A stretch of 32,000 nt of DNA from Candidatus Hadarchaeota archaeon (GTDB lineage: Archaea > Hadarchaeota > Hadarchaeia > Hadarchaeales > Hadarchaeaceae). The notes beneath the pieces are model-generated. The model was given only the letters and a program-made list of their open reading frames with translations, was not told the DNA's origin and did not search any database. Location of the stretch: NCBI GenBank assembly GCA_964514965.1, contig CAZETV010000002.1, positions 188,545 through 220,544 of the forward strand, given 5' to 3'. The position numbers were made by a program, and so were the translations under genes. Below are positions 5,621 through 13,259 of the stretch, in pieces; within the stretch, counting starts at the first letter, position 1, and the number at the start of each line of letters is the position of its first letter.

Positions 5621-6970
5621 ATGGGTTGTATGTTTTCGAAGCTCGACACAAAACGTTTAAATCCCGCATATATCGAAATTCGATACGAGATTAGATACAA
5701 GGTGAAGTGTGTGGAGGTAAAACCACTTAGTAATATCATAGCTATCGGAAAGACGACGCGGGGGGGCAGACCATTCCCTGTCAGAAGGCATCGGGGCCTG
5801 TACTTTTTCATCCCGGTTGAGCAGTTCGACTGGTTAAGGGAAGTAAATGATGCTTACAAGACCCTCTACCGAATGGAGGGGGGGGTAGAGCCGCTTCAGA
5901 AGATAAAGATAGTTGGGAGAGGAGGCGTTGAGGGATACAAGCCATTCTTGCTCAGGGGGCACTACGGACGGTATTTGTGCATCCTCGCCGAGCATCTTAG
6001 ACAGCTCAAGCAGATCAACCGCGCGTATGCGGAACTACTTGAAGCTAAAGGGCTGGAGAAAGAGCGCAAGAGGAGGTTAGAAGAGAAGGAACGAGCGAGC
6101 AAAATTGTAGAAAGCGTGAAAGCGGCGGTAGAGGACGCCCGAAAGATAGGAGCACCCGAACATGGGGCCGAACTCATGCGGCCCGTCGACGAATCCCTTG
6201 CCGAAATCGAGGCTGCGTTCATCGCCGAGGAATACAACAAGACCATTGAGCTGGCATCAAAAGTGGATGAACTGGTCCGAGAAGCTAGGGCAAAAGCGCT
6301 CAAGAAAATCGAGGAAACGAAAAAGATCGAAGCGGTGAAAAGACCTCCAGAAGAGGGGAGGTACGTTTACTGCATCATCCCTTGGGAGGGGAGCCACAGC
6401 AGGCTTAGCTTTGGAGACTTGGGTGTAGAGGGCAACGGCGAGGTGTACGCCATACCCTTTGGAGACATCGCAGCGGTCGTGAGCAACGCCCCCTTCAAGG
6501 AATACGTGCTCACCGAGGACAACATACGCACCCATAACCAAGTCATAACGCGCGTGATGCAGGAGTACCCTGTCGTGCCAATGGCTTTCGGCATGGCGTT
6601 CAAAAATGAGGGGGTGCTCAAAGGGTTGCTCGGGAGGATGCGCGATGATTTGAAAAATGCCCTAAATGAAGTCAAGAGCAAGGTCGAACTCGGCGTCAAG
6701 GTGATCTTGCCGGAGGGGACCGAGTTCGACGAGAACGCATTTGCATCTGAGATCAAGGCGCTTCACGAGCTGGCGACCCAATGCAAGCTCGGCAAGCGGT
6801 TCAGCAAGCGTTTGATCTTGAACGCGTTTTATCTAGTAGCGAAAGAAAAAGTGGAAGATTTCCTAGGCGCGGCTAAAGCGCTGGAGGAGAAGTTCAAACA
6901 GCTGAGTATACAGTGCACTGGTCCATGGCCCCCGTTCAACTTCGCAACAATAAAAGTTGGAGGTAGGTGA
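5621..6970 (+). CDS. gvpF: GvpF/GvpL-family gas vesicle protein with a novel N-terminal duplicated ~45-aa module and a coiled-coil linker
   Basis: The C-terminal ~200 aa (GRYVYCIIP...FGDIAAVVS...PVVPMAFG...CTGPWPPFNFA) is classic GvpF/L. The N-terminal ~130 aa holds two repeats homologous to the 101-aa ORF at 9969..10274. The true start may be GVG-type: GTG 5702 or 5711 (see findings). Confidence 0.9.
   Translation: MGCMFSKLDTKRLNPAYIEIRYEIRYKVKCVEVKPLSNIIAIGKTTRGGRPFPVRRHRGLYFFIPVEQFDWLREVNDAYKTLYRMEGGVEPLQKIKIVGRGGVEGYKPFLLRGHYGRYLCILAEHLRQLKQINRAYAELLEAKGLEKERKRRLEEKERASKIVESVKAAVEDARKIGAPEHGAELMRPVDESLAEIEAAFIAEEYNKTIELASKVDELVREARAKALKKIEETKKIEAVKRPPEEGRYVYCIIPWEGSHSRLSFGDLGVEGNGEVYAIPFGDIAAVVSNAPFKEYVLTEDNIRTHNQVITRVMQEYPVVPMAFGMAFKNEGVLKGLLGRMRDDLKNALNEVKSKVELGVKVILPEGTEFDENAFASEIKALHELATQCKLGKRFSKRLILNAFYLVAKEKVEDFLGAAKALEEKFKQLSIQCTGPWPPFNFATIKVGGR
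5673..5683. promoter_or_regulatory. Perfect copy of the TCGAAWTTCGA palindrome preceded by ATATA (atatatcgaaattcga), inside the nominal 5' end of the gvpF ORF
   Basis: Read directly. The same 16-nt arrangement ATATATCGAAWTTCGA occurs upstream of gvpN (14339-14354, opposite strand). Confidence 0.55.
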
Positions 6971-6971
6971 G

Positions 6972-7265
6972 GTGCCCTTCCTAGTCGATGACATAGTTCT
7001 CCGAATGCTCGGGATTTCGATCCCGCCCTTCGACATGATCTGGTTGCTGGAGACCATACGGGACTTCGCCGTTCGGGAAGTCTATGATCCTGAAAAGATA
7101 AGCGACTCGATAAAGGAAAACCGGATGCTCTACGAACTCGGGGAGATCACGAAGGAGGAGTATGAGCGGGTCAATACAGAGCTCCTCGAGGCGCTCGAGA
7201 TAGCAAAGCGTGCTAGGGAGACGAAGATCGAGCACCGCATCGATATTTTGGGAATTGGTGGGTAG
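6972..7265 (+). CDS. gvpG: Gas vesicle protein GvpG
   Basis: PFLVDDIVLRMLG...REVYDPEKISDSIKENRMLYELGEITKEEYERVNTELLEALE matches the GvpG pattern. A GTG at 6972 sits right after the gvpF stop, with GGAGGT at 6959-6964. The ORF track starts at TTG 6957. Confidence 0.85.
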   Translation: MPFLVDDIVLRMLGISIPPFDMIWLLETIRDFAVREVYDPEKISDSIKENRMLYELGEITKEEYERVNTELLEALEIAKRARETKIEHRIDILGIGG

Positions 7266-7266
7266 G

Positions 7267-7791
7267 ATGAAAAGGCACCCTATGCAACTATGCAGGCTCC
7301 TCTTTGGCAACATATTTCACGACCTAGAAAAGCTGGCGAGGACAGTAGATGCGCTCGCCAAAGAGGGAGAGGTCCGGAAGGGGTACAAAGAGGGCCCCTT
7401 CATCGTCGAGTACCGGCGGACCGTTCGCTACATCCGCCCTGAGTCCACCGCTCCAGCCCCCGAAGCACCGCGAATCGAAATCAAGCCGAAACCAATCGAG
7501 GCCGAGGCCAAGCCTAGGGAATCGCTAGTGGACGTTTTCGACATGGGAGATCATATCTTGGTCATGGTCGGGCTCCCCGGTGTGAAGGAGGAAGATATCG
7601 AGTTCGAGACCGTGGGCAGCGCGCTCAAGATCAAGATTCACACACCCGGTGGCGATGTCGAGGGCGATATCTCGATTGCGGGAGTTGAACAGGTTAAAGA
7701 AATCATGGGTGCCTCTTTCAAGAACGGCACCCTCGAAATCAAACTGAAAAAAATAAGGGAGGTGAAGAGATGGGAACCAGCACAGCGATAG
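7267..7791 (+). CDS. gvpH: Hsp20/alpha-crystallin domain protein in the GvpH slot
   Basis: The ATG at 7267 comes 1 nt after the gvpG stop. Alpha-crystallin domain: LVDVFDMGDHILVMVGLPGVKEEDIEFE...FKNGTLEIKLKK. The position between G and the basic I-slot gene matches halobacterial gvpH. Confidence 0.8.
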   Translation: MKRHPMQLCRLLFGNIFHDLEKLARTVDALAKEGEVRKGYKEGPFIVEYRRTVRYIRPESTAPAPEAPRIEIKPKPIEAEAKPRESLVDVFDMGDHILVMVGLPGVKEEDIEFETVGSALKIKIHTPGGDVEGDISIAGVEQVKEIMGASFKNGTLEIKLKKIREVKRWEPAQR

Positions 7792-8174
7792 GGGTCGGGG
7801 GGCTGAGGAGGCGCAGGCGAAAGGCCATGATATCTAAAACAGTTGCGCGGAGCAAGCTGAGCAGGGACAGATCGAGAGTCAAGCTGCTGCACGCGAGGGA
7901 GCGGTACAAGATGAAGGTGTGGAAGCACGAGCGCGGGATGGCAGCCAGAAAGGCGGAGCAACCAAGCAAGCTTGGTCCGCTTGCGGTATCGTTCATGCCT
8001 TCGAAAGAGTCCGCCAAGCGATCCAGGCTGGTGCAGCCCCGCTGGTCGGCCGTGCCCAGCAAGCCCAAGTATTCCGATGTGAAGCCGAAGGAGAGGCTCT
8101 ACGGGCTGAGGTTCGAGGCGCGCGAGAAGCGACTCGCAAAGCAGGAGTCCGAGGAGAAAAAGCCCAAGGAATAG
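7770..8174 (+). CDS. Very basic Arg/Lys-rich protein in the GvpI slot (possible GvpI analog)
   Basis: 134-aa ORF (an alternative ATG at 7827 would give 115 aa). Third-position codon usage is like its neighbours (aag/gag/ctg). It fills the H-J gap exactly. No motif beyond its basicity. The start is uncertain. Confidence 0.5.
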   Translation: MGTSTAIGVGGLRRRRRKAMISKTVARSKLSRDRSRVKLLHARERYKMKVWKHERGMAARKAEQPSKLGPLAVSFMPSKESAKRSRLVQPRWSAVPSKPKYSDVKPKERLYGLRFEAREKRLAKQESEEKKPKE

Positions 8175-8184
8175 GTAGGTGTGG

Positions 8185-8544
8185 ATGATGGTAGCTATCG
8201 CCCCGACAAGGGAGGGCCCGAGCGACTTAGCTCAAACAATCGAGAAGATTCTCGACAAGGGACTCGTGCTAGACGCCGACATCGCGGTTTCGGTCGCCGG
8301 TACCGAGTTGCTGGGCATAAAGATTCGCGCCGCACTCGCCTCTTTCGAAACCGCCGCGAAATATGGTCTCGAGTTTCCGAGCGGCGTCAACCTCAATGCC
8401 CCTGCATGGAAAGAGATAAACGTGAAAAAGGCGAAGTGCCCGGGCTGTGGAAACGAGTGTCCGGAGGAGGAGCTGCTCAAGCGGGGTTGTCCAATCTGTG
8501 GCTGGATGAGCCCGCTGAAGCCAAGACAGGCCCCGATCCCCTAG
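8185..8544 (+). CDS. gvpJ: GvpA/J/M-family protein (GvpJ slot) with a C-terminal CxxC...CxxC zinc-ribbon extension
   Basis: The core LAQTIEKILDKGLVLDADIAVSVAGTELLGIKIRAALASFETAAKYGL is the GvpA-family fold. The tail is KCPGCGNECPEEELLKRGCPICGW. AGGTAGGTG lies upstream of ATG 8185/8188. Confidence 0.85.
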   Translation: MMVAIAPTREGPSDLAQTIEKILDKGLVLDADIAVSVAGTELLGIKIRAALASFETAAKYGLEFPSGVNLNAPAWKEINVKKAKCPGCGNECPEEELLKRGCPICGWMSPLKPRQAPIP

Positions 8545-8553
8545 GTGGTAAAC

Positions 8554-8868
8554 ATGGCAATCGAGATCGATGAGTACAACCTCAAACAAGGGTTGCTGGG
8601 GCTGGTAGTCGCTCTCGCCGAAGTCATCCAAGAGGTGCTCGAGCACCAAGCGCTGCGGAGGATGGAGTCGGGTGGGCTGACCGATGCTGAGGTGGAGCGG
8701 CTCGGCAACGCTCTCATCGAGCTCGACGAGGCACTTGAACGCATCAAGCGGGAGAACGGAATCGAGGAGTGCGTGAGGTCCGTGCGAGATGGGCTCGACC
8801 AAGTAGCGGACGAGGCCATCCGTAAGCTAGCCGACCCGCAGGAGTGGGCAAGGGAGGCCACATCGTGA
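8554..8868 (+). CDS. gvpK: Gas vesicle protein GvpK
   Basis: LLGLVVALAEVIQEVLEHQALRRMESGGLTDAEVERLGNALIELDEAL matches the GvpK signature. AGGTGGT lies 4 nt upstream of ATG 8554. The ORF track starts at GTG 8545. Confidence 0.9.
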   Translation: MAIEIDEYNLKQGLLGLVVALAEVIQEVLEHQALRRMESGGLTDAEVERLGNALIELDEALERIKRENGIEECVRSVRDGLDQVADEAIRKLADPQEWAREATS

Positions 8869-9653
8869 ACGGAACCCAAAAAGCGACCGAGGGGAGGTAC
8901 CTATACTGTATAGCCAGCTGCGGCGATGGGTTGTCACTGGGAGAGATAGGGATAGACAAGGGCCAAGTTTACACGATTACGCATAACGACATCGCTGCAG
9001 TAGTACACGTTTGCCCGCCCAAGCCCTATGAGTCCAAGGACGAGGAGCGCGTGAAGCGCTGGGTCTTCACCCACAACTACATCATCGACCAAGCCACCAA
9101 GCGATTCGGCACGGTGCTGCCTTTCTCTTTCGATTCTATCGTCAAGGGGGACGACGACGCGGTGGAGGGATGGCTGAGCGAGAATTACTCCCGATTTAAA
9201 GGTGAGCTCGAGAGGCTCAGAGGGAAGTCGGAACACACGGTACAGATCTTCTGTGACGCCTCCTTGTTAGCGCGGAGGATTGAAAAAGACAACCAGGAGA
9301 TTGGGTGGCTCGCGGAAGAGATCAAAGTAGCTCCCAAGGGAAAAGCCCACCTACTCGAACGGAAGCTCCAAAAGATGATTAGGGAGGCCGTGGCAGCTCA
9401 GGTTCGCGATTGGTCCAAAAAGTTCCATGTGCAGATAGAAGAACATGTCGAGGAGGCGAGGGAGGAGCGAAGCAGGTTCGTGCCCGAGCGGTTCAAGGAT
9501 AAGAAACTCGTGCTAGGCCTATCGTGCTTGGTCAGCGAGGGGAAAGTCGAAAAACTCGGAGAGGTGCTCCGCCAAATAAACGAGCAAGAAGGGTTCTCGG
9601 TGCGGTTCACGGGGCCTTGGGCGCCATTCAGCTTTGTGAGGTTGACCAAATGA
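8865..9653 (+). CDS. gvpL: GvpF/GvpL-family gas vesicle protein (GvpL slot)
   Basis: GRYLYCIAS...HNDIAAVVH...TVLPFSF...FTGPWAPFSF. The GTG at 8865 overlaps the gvpK TGA (GTGA). The ORF track starts at 8844. Confidence 0.9.
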   Translation: MNGTQKATEGRYLYCIASCGDGLSLGEIGIDKGQVYTITHNDIAAVVHVCPPKPYESKDEERVKRWVFTHNYIIDQATKRFGTVLPFSFDSIVKGDDDAVEGWLSENYSRFKGELERLRGKSEHTVQIFCDASLLARRIEKDNQEIGWLAEEIKVAPKGKAHLLERKLQKMIREAVAAQVRDWSKKFHVQIEEHVEEAREERSRFVPERFKDKKLVLGLSCLVSEGKVEKLGEVLRQINEQEGFSVRFTGPWAPFSFVRLTK

Positions 9654-9883
9654 GGCCGACGCGGGAGTGCGGGCTCGTCGAGTTGCTCGATAAGATTTTG
9701 GACAAGGGCGTGGTGCTCAACGCAGATGTTATCATCTCGGTCGCTGGGGTTCCACTGGTGGGGGTGAGCCTCCGCGCTGCGCTTGCCGGAATCGAAACGA
9801 TGTTGGACTACGGCATAATGGAGGCTTGGGACCAGAGCATTAGGGAGCATTACTCAGAGGAGCTGGCGAAGAGAAAAGCGTAG
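9650..9883 (+). CDS. gvpM: Small GvpA/J/M-family protein (GvpM slot)
   Basis: 77 aa from the ATG at 9650, which overlaps the gvpL stop (ATGA). Core: LVELLDKILDKGVVLNADVIISVAGVPLVGVSLRAALAGIETMLDYG. Confidence 0.85.
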   Translation: MRPTRECGLVELLDKILDKGVVLNADVIISVAGVPLVGVSLRAALAGIETMLDYGIMEAWDQSIREHYSEELAKRKA

Positions 9884-9910
9884 GTGGGGCTTGCAGGGAA
9901 TGCTATTTCT

Positions 9911-9936
9911 GCTTGATTATGGCTGAAAAATCAAGC
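9911..9936. terminator. Hairpin between the two convergent gvp operons (possible bidirectional terminator)
   Basis: gcttgatt (9911-9918) and aatcaagc (9929-9936) form a perfect 8-bp stem with a 10-nt loop. T-rich runs flank it on both sides, within the 85-nt convergent gap. Confidence 0.5.
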
Positions 9937-9968
9937 CACTGCTTTCTTGCATTTACCTGCTTCCTTTG

Positions 9969-10274
9969 TTAAAGCTCTCGATACGCTTCGTTGACCGCCC
10001 GAAGCCGCTCGAAGTCCTCCGCAAGGATGCAGAGGCAGCGTTCCCCCCTCACAAGAAATAGCTTGAAACCAAGTACGCCACCTCTGCCCACGATTTTTGG
10101 CTTGCTGAGTGGCTTCACCTTGGCCCTCCCCCTAGACAGCGCCTTGTAAGCTTCATTAATTTTCAGTAGTCTCTCGATGTCCCTTGCCGAGATAAATAAA
10201 TAGTCGCCTTTTTGCCCGGTGATTCTGAATGGCTCCTCGGTCCCTCGCTTACCTATAACCTTTATCCTCTTCAA
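9969..10274 (-). CDS. Stand-alone two-repeat protein, paralog of the N-terminal module of the gvpF fusion
   Basis: 101 aa (TTG start). IKVIGKRGTEEPFRITGQKGDYLFISARDIERLLKINEAYKAL plus KIVGRGGVLGFKLFLVRGERCLCILAEDFERLRAVNEAYREL. These align with IIAIGKTTRGGRPFPVRRHRGLYFFIPVEQFDWLREVNDAYKTL and KIVGRGGVEGYKPFLLRGHYGRYLCILAEHLRQLKQINRAYAEL of 5621..6970. Confidence 0.7.
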   Translation of the reverse strand: MKRIKVIGKRGTEEPFRITGQKGDYLFISARDIERLLKINEAYKALSRGRAKVKPLSKPKIVGRGGVLGFKLFLVRGERCLCILAEDFERLRAVNEAYREL

Positions 10275-10385
10275 CGCTCTTACCGCCAGAGGTTCACCTT
10301 CATCCAGTCCCTCTTACCCATAGGGTTTTTCCATTTCCTTTCGCCCTTCGACATATCGCATGAACTCCCGCATGATGTCCTCGTA

Positions 10386-12551
10386 CTACCTTACCATCTC
10401 CGGAGTCATCGTCGGTCGAACCTTCTTTATCGCCCCATCGAAGTGCTTGCACTCGATCCGCTTGTCCTTGAGCGCCTTCCGCATCGCTTCCTTAGTCATC
10501 CCGGGCTTAATCGCCTCCCGGAGCGAGAGCATCACTGCCTCCCTGCATATCGCCGCTATGTCCGCGCCCACGTAGCCTTCGGTCCCCTTGGCGAGCGCGC
10601 TCAAGGAAACGTCCTTTGCAAGAGGTTTCTCCTTGAGGTGGACCTTGAAGATTTCCTCGCGCTCCTTCGGGTCGGGAGGTAGAACGTAAATCAGCCTGTC
10701 GATTCGGCCCGGCCTCAGCAGCGCCCGGTCGATCATGTCGGGCCGGTTGCTAGCGCACAGCACGAGCACATCCTTCAGCTCCTCCAACCCATCGAGTTCG
10801 GTCAACATCTGACTAACGACGCGCTCGGAGACATGCGAGTCGAAACTCACCGCGCGCGTCGGGCACATCGCATCGATTTCATCGAAAAAGACGATGCAGG
10901 GGCTTGCTTGCCTCGCCTTCCTGAACATCTCCCTCACGCCCCGCTCGCTCTCGCCAACCCACTTCGACAGCAGCTCTGGGCCTTTAATCGAGATGAAGTT
11001 CGCCTCGCTCTCGGTCGCGACGGCCTTCGCCAGCATTGTCTTGCCAGTGCCGGGGGGTCCGAACAATAAAATCCCCTTGGGGGGCTTGGTCTTGAAGCGC
11101 TCGAAAGCTTCGGGGTACTTGAGTGGCCACTCCACCGCCTCGATCAGCTCCTGTTTTGCCTGCTCCAAGCCGCCTATGTCATCCCAGTGCACGTTGGGGG
11201 CTTCGATGAACACCTCCCGCATCGCGCTGGGAGTCACAGTCTTGAACGCATTTGAAAAATCATTCATCGTGACTTCAAGTGCCTCAATGATCTCAGCTGG
11301 AATCTCCTTCTCGATCTCGATTTTCGGCAGGATCTTGCGCAGGGCGCTCATCGCCGCCTCCTTGCATAGCCCAGCGAGGTCAGCGCCTACAAAGCCGTGA
11401 GTTATGTCGGCGAGGTAGTTGAGGTTGACATCTTCTGTGAGTGGCATCCCGCGCGTGTGGATCTGCAGGATCTCGTAGCGCCCGTTTCGGTCTGGGATGC
11501 CTATCTCGATTTCGCGGTCGAATCTTCCTCCTCGGCGCAACGCCTCATCGAGAAGGTTGGGTTGGTTAGTTGCACCAATTACAACAACTTTTCCGCGCGT
11601 CTTAAGACCATCCATCAGCGAGAGAAGTTGCGCCACCACCCGCCGCTCAACCATCCGCTCCCCAGTCATCTCCGAGCGTTTTGGGGCAATCGCGTCTATC
11701 TCATCGATTAGGACGATCGCTGGAGGGTTCGCCTCCGCCTGCTCGAATATCTCCCTGAGGCGGGCCTCTGACTCCCCATAGTACTTACCGATCACTTCTG
11801 GACCCGAGACGAAAACGAAGTTCGCATCGGTCTCGTTTGCTACCGCCTTCGCTATTAGCGTTTTGCCTGTGCCTGGGGGGCCATGGAGCAGTACCCCTTT
11901 AGGGGGCTCAATCCCCAGCCTCTGAAAGAGTTCGGGATGCTTTAGCGGTAGCTCGATCATCTCACGGATGAGTCCTACCTCGCGCTTCAGCCCGCCGATG
12001 TCCTCGTAGGTGACGTAGGTCCGCATAGCCTCGATTGGCTTCTCTGCGAGCGTGACCTCGGTCTCCGGGACAACGATAACAACGCCCGTGGGCTGGGTGG
12101 AGGTGACGATGAAAGTAAGTGGTCTACCTAGAATATCGACTCGAATTTGCTGGTCCTTGATGATCGGCTGCCCCTCGAGCACCTTGCGGATGTACTCGTC
12201 GCCCTCCACTATCCTTATCGGCTCCGTGGGGGCAACACTTATTCTCCTCGCCTTCTCGGCGGCGGCCTTCCTGATCTCAACCCGCTCACCGATTCCAATG
12301 CTTGCGTTGCTCCGAATGTTACCATCGATCCGAATTATCCCACTGCCCGAATCCTCGGGATAGCACGGCCAAACAATCGCGTAAGCAGACCCCTTCCCCT
12401 TAATCTCGACGATGTCCCCGCTGACCATACCTAACTTTTTCATCACCTCTGAGTCTACCCGCGCTATCCCCCGACCTGCGTCGCGGTGCTTCGCCTCAGC
12501 AACTAGCAGGATTTGGGGCACGTTACCACGATTTTGTTCTCGCTTCCTCAA
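10386..12551 (-). CDS. cdc48: Cdc48/VCP-type double AAA+ ATPase
   Basis: 721 aa. N-domain: [27 protein letters not shown]. Two Walker A sites ([18 protein letters not shown]) with matching Walker B/SRH regions. The start is uncertain (TTG 12551 or GTG 12521). Confidence 0.95.
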   Translation of the reverse strand: MRKREQNRGNVPQILLVAEAKHRDAGRGIARVDSEVMKKLGMVSGDIVEIKGKGSAYAIVWPCYPEDSGSGIIRIDGNIRSNASIGIGERVEIRKAAAEKARRISVAPTEPIRIVEGDEYIRKVLEGQPIIKDQQIRVDILGRPLTFIVTSTQPTGVVIVVPETEVTLAEKPIEAMRTYVTYEDIGGLKREVGLIREMIELPLKHPELFQRLGIEPPKGVLLHGPPGTGKTLIAKAVANETDANFVFVSGPEVIGKYYGESEARLREIFEQAEANPPAIVLIDEIDAIAPKRSEMTGERMVERRVVAQLLSLMDGLKTRGKVVVIGATNQPNLLDEALRRGGRFDREIEIGIPDRNGRYEILQIHTRGMPLTEDVNLNYLADITHGFVGADLAGLCKEAAMSALRKILPKIEIEKEIPAEIIEALEVTMNDFSNAFKTVTPSAMREVFIEAPNVHWDDIGGLEQAKQELIEAVEWPLKYPEAFERFKTKPPKGILLFGPPGTGKTMLAKAVATESEANFISIKGPELLSKWVGESERGVREMFRKARQASPCIVFFDEIDAMCPTRAVSFDSHVSERVVSQMLTELDGLEELKDVLVLCASNRPDMIDRALLRPGRIDRLIYVLPPDPKEREEIFKVHLKEKPLAKDVSLSALAKGTEGYVGADIAAICREAVMLSLREAIKPGMTKEAMRKALKDKRIECKHFDGAIKKVRPTMTPEMVR

Positions 12552-12585
12552 CCTTTAAACGTGAAAAAAATGTGCTCGATACGGG

Positions 12586-12873
12586 TCATGTCATAAATTC
12601 TAATCCCTCTCGATCAGACCTGCGCCTTACCCGCACCTGATTGAACCCCTGTACTCCGCCATCCTCGCTGAGCGAGAGTTCGTACCTGCCGATCAAATCC
12701 TGAGCGTCGGGTATCGCTTTTCGCTCGAGCACTTCAACGAGCAGTTTCCACCCTCCCCCCTTCTCCTTCGAGACACCGATCACCGACTCAAACGGTTTCT
12801 TTATTGTCTCCTTGACAAATGCCGGAGCCATGTCAACTATCTCGACCGCTTTCCTCTCTTTTTTCTCCGCCAT
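12586..12873 (-). CDS. gvpO: Gas vesicle protein GvpO
   Basis: 95 aa from the ATG at 12873, preceded by AGGAGGT. VIGVSKEKGGGWKLLVEVLERKAIPDAQDLIGRYELSLSEDGGVQGFNQVRVRRRSD fits the GvpO pattern. The longer ORF-track start would overlap the upstream gene. Confidence 0.85.
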   Translation of the reverse strand: MAEKKERKAVEIVDMAPAFVKETIKKPFESVIGVSKEKGGGWKLLVEVLERKAIPDAQDLIGRYELSLSEDGGVQGFNQVRVRRRSDREGLEFMT

Positions 12874-12883
12874 GTTTAACCTC

Positions 12884-13249
12884 CTACGGCACGTAGATGT
12901 AGCCACCGCGCTTGTAGGGTACCACCTTGACGCTTTTGCCCTTCCAGTTCGCAACCCCCTCACGGACGTTATAGCGCTCCACATCTTTGGCCAGCTTGTA
13001 GTATTTGAGGAACTTCGCAAATCGCTGCTGCTTGGCCCTGCCGCCCGCGCGGAGCGCCGATGTGCTGAAAGTGCCGTCCGATTTTAGTCGTAAGTAAAAC
13101 GTCGTGCTCACGGTTCGCCCGTCTGGAGTTTTAGCCGCCACTATTACAGCATCGGTGTCTGCGATTGTCAGCCCTGGTGGCTTCTTCCGCCATAGCTTGC
13201 TTATCTTGCAGACCCTTACATCCTCTATCGTCGCACTCAACCTTTCCAT
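12884..13249 (-). CDS. Hypothetical protein inserted between gvpN and gvpO
   Basis: 121 aa. The ATG at 13249 is preceded by GGTGAGGT, 10 nt after the gvpN stop, and the gene's stop lies 10 nt before the gvpO ATG. Codon usage is like its neighbours. No family recognised. Confidence 0.7.
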   Translation of the reverse strand: MERLSATIEDVRVCKISKLWRKKPPGLTIADTDAVIVAAKTPDGRTVSTTFYLRLKSDGTFSTSALRAGGRAKQQRFAKFLKYYKLAKDVERYNVREGVANWKGKSVKVVPYKRGGYIYVP

Positions 13250-13259
13250 AACCTCACCC

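Noticed and set aside
7919-8573. Alternative-frame ORFs 7919..8188 and 8181..8573 (+)
   Set aside because: They overlap the I-slot gene and gvpJ/gvpK in other frames. They are Arg/Gly-rich products typical of off-frame reading of GC-rich coding DNA, and the gvpJ and gvpK frames carry clear family signatures.
10212-10682. 156-aa + strand ORF bridging the 101-aa gene and the cdc48 3' end
   Set aside because: It is antisense to two supported minus-strand genes and has a Leu/Pro/Arg/His-rich shadow composition.
12552-12585. Half-site-like gctcgatac upstream of cdc48 as another operator copy
   Set aside because: Only one half (TCGATAC) matches and there is no palindromic partner, which is too weak to count.
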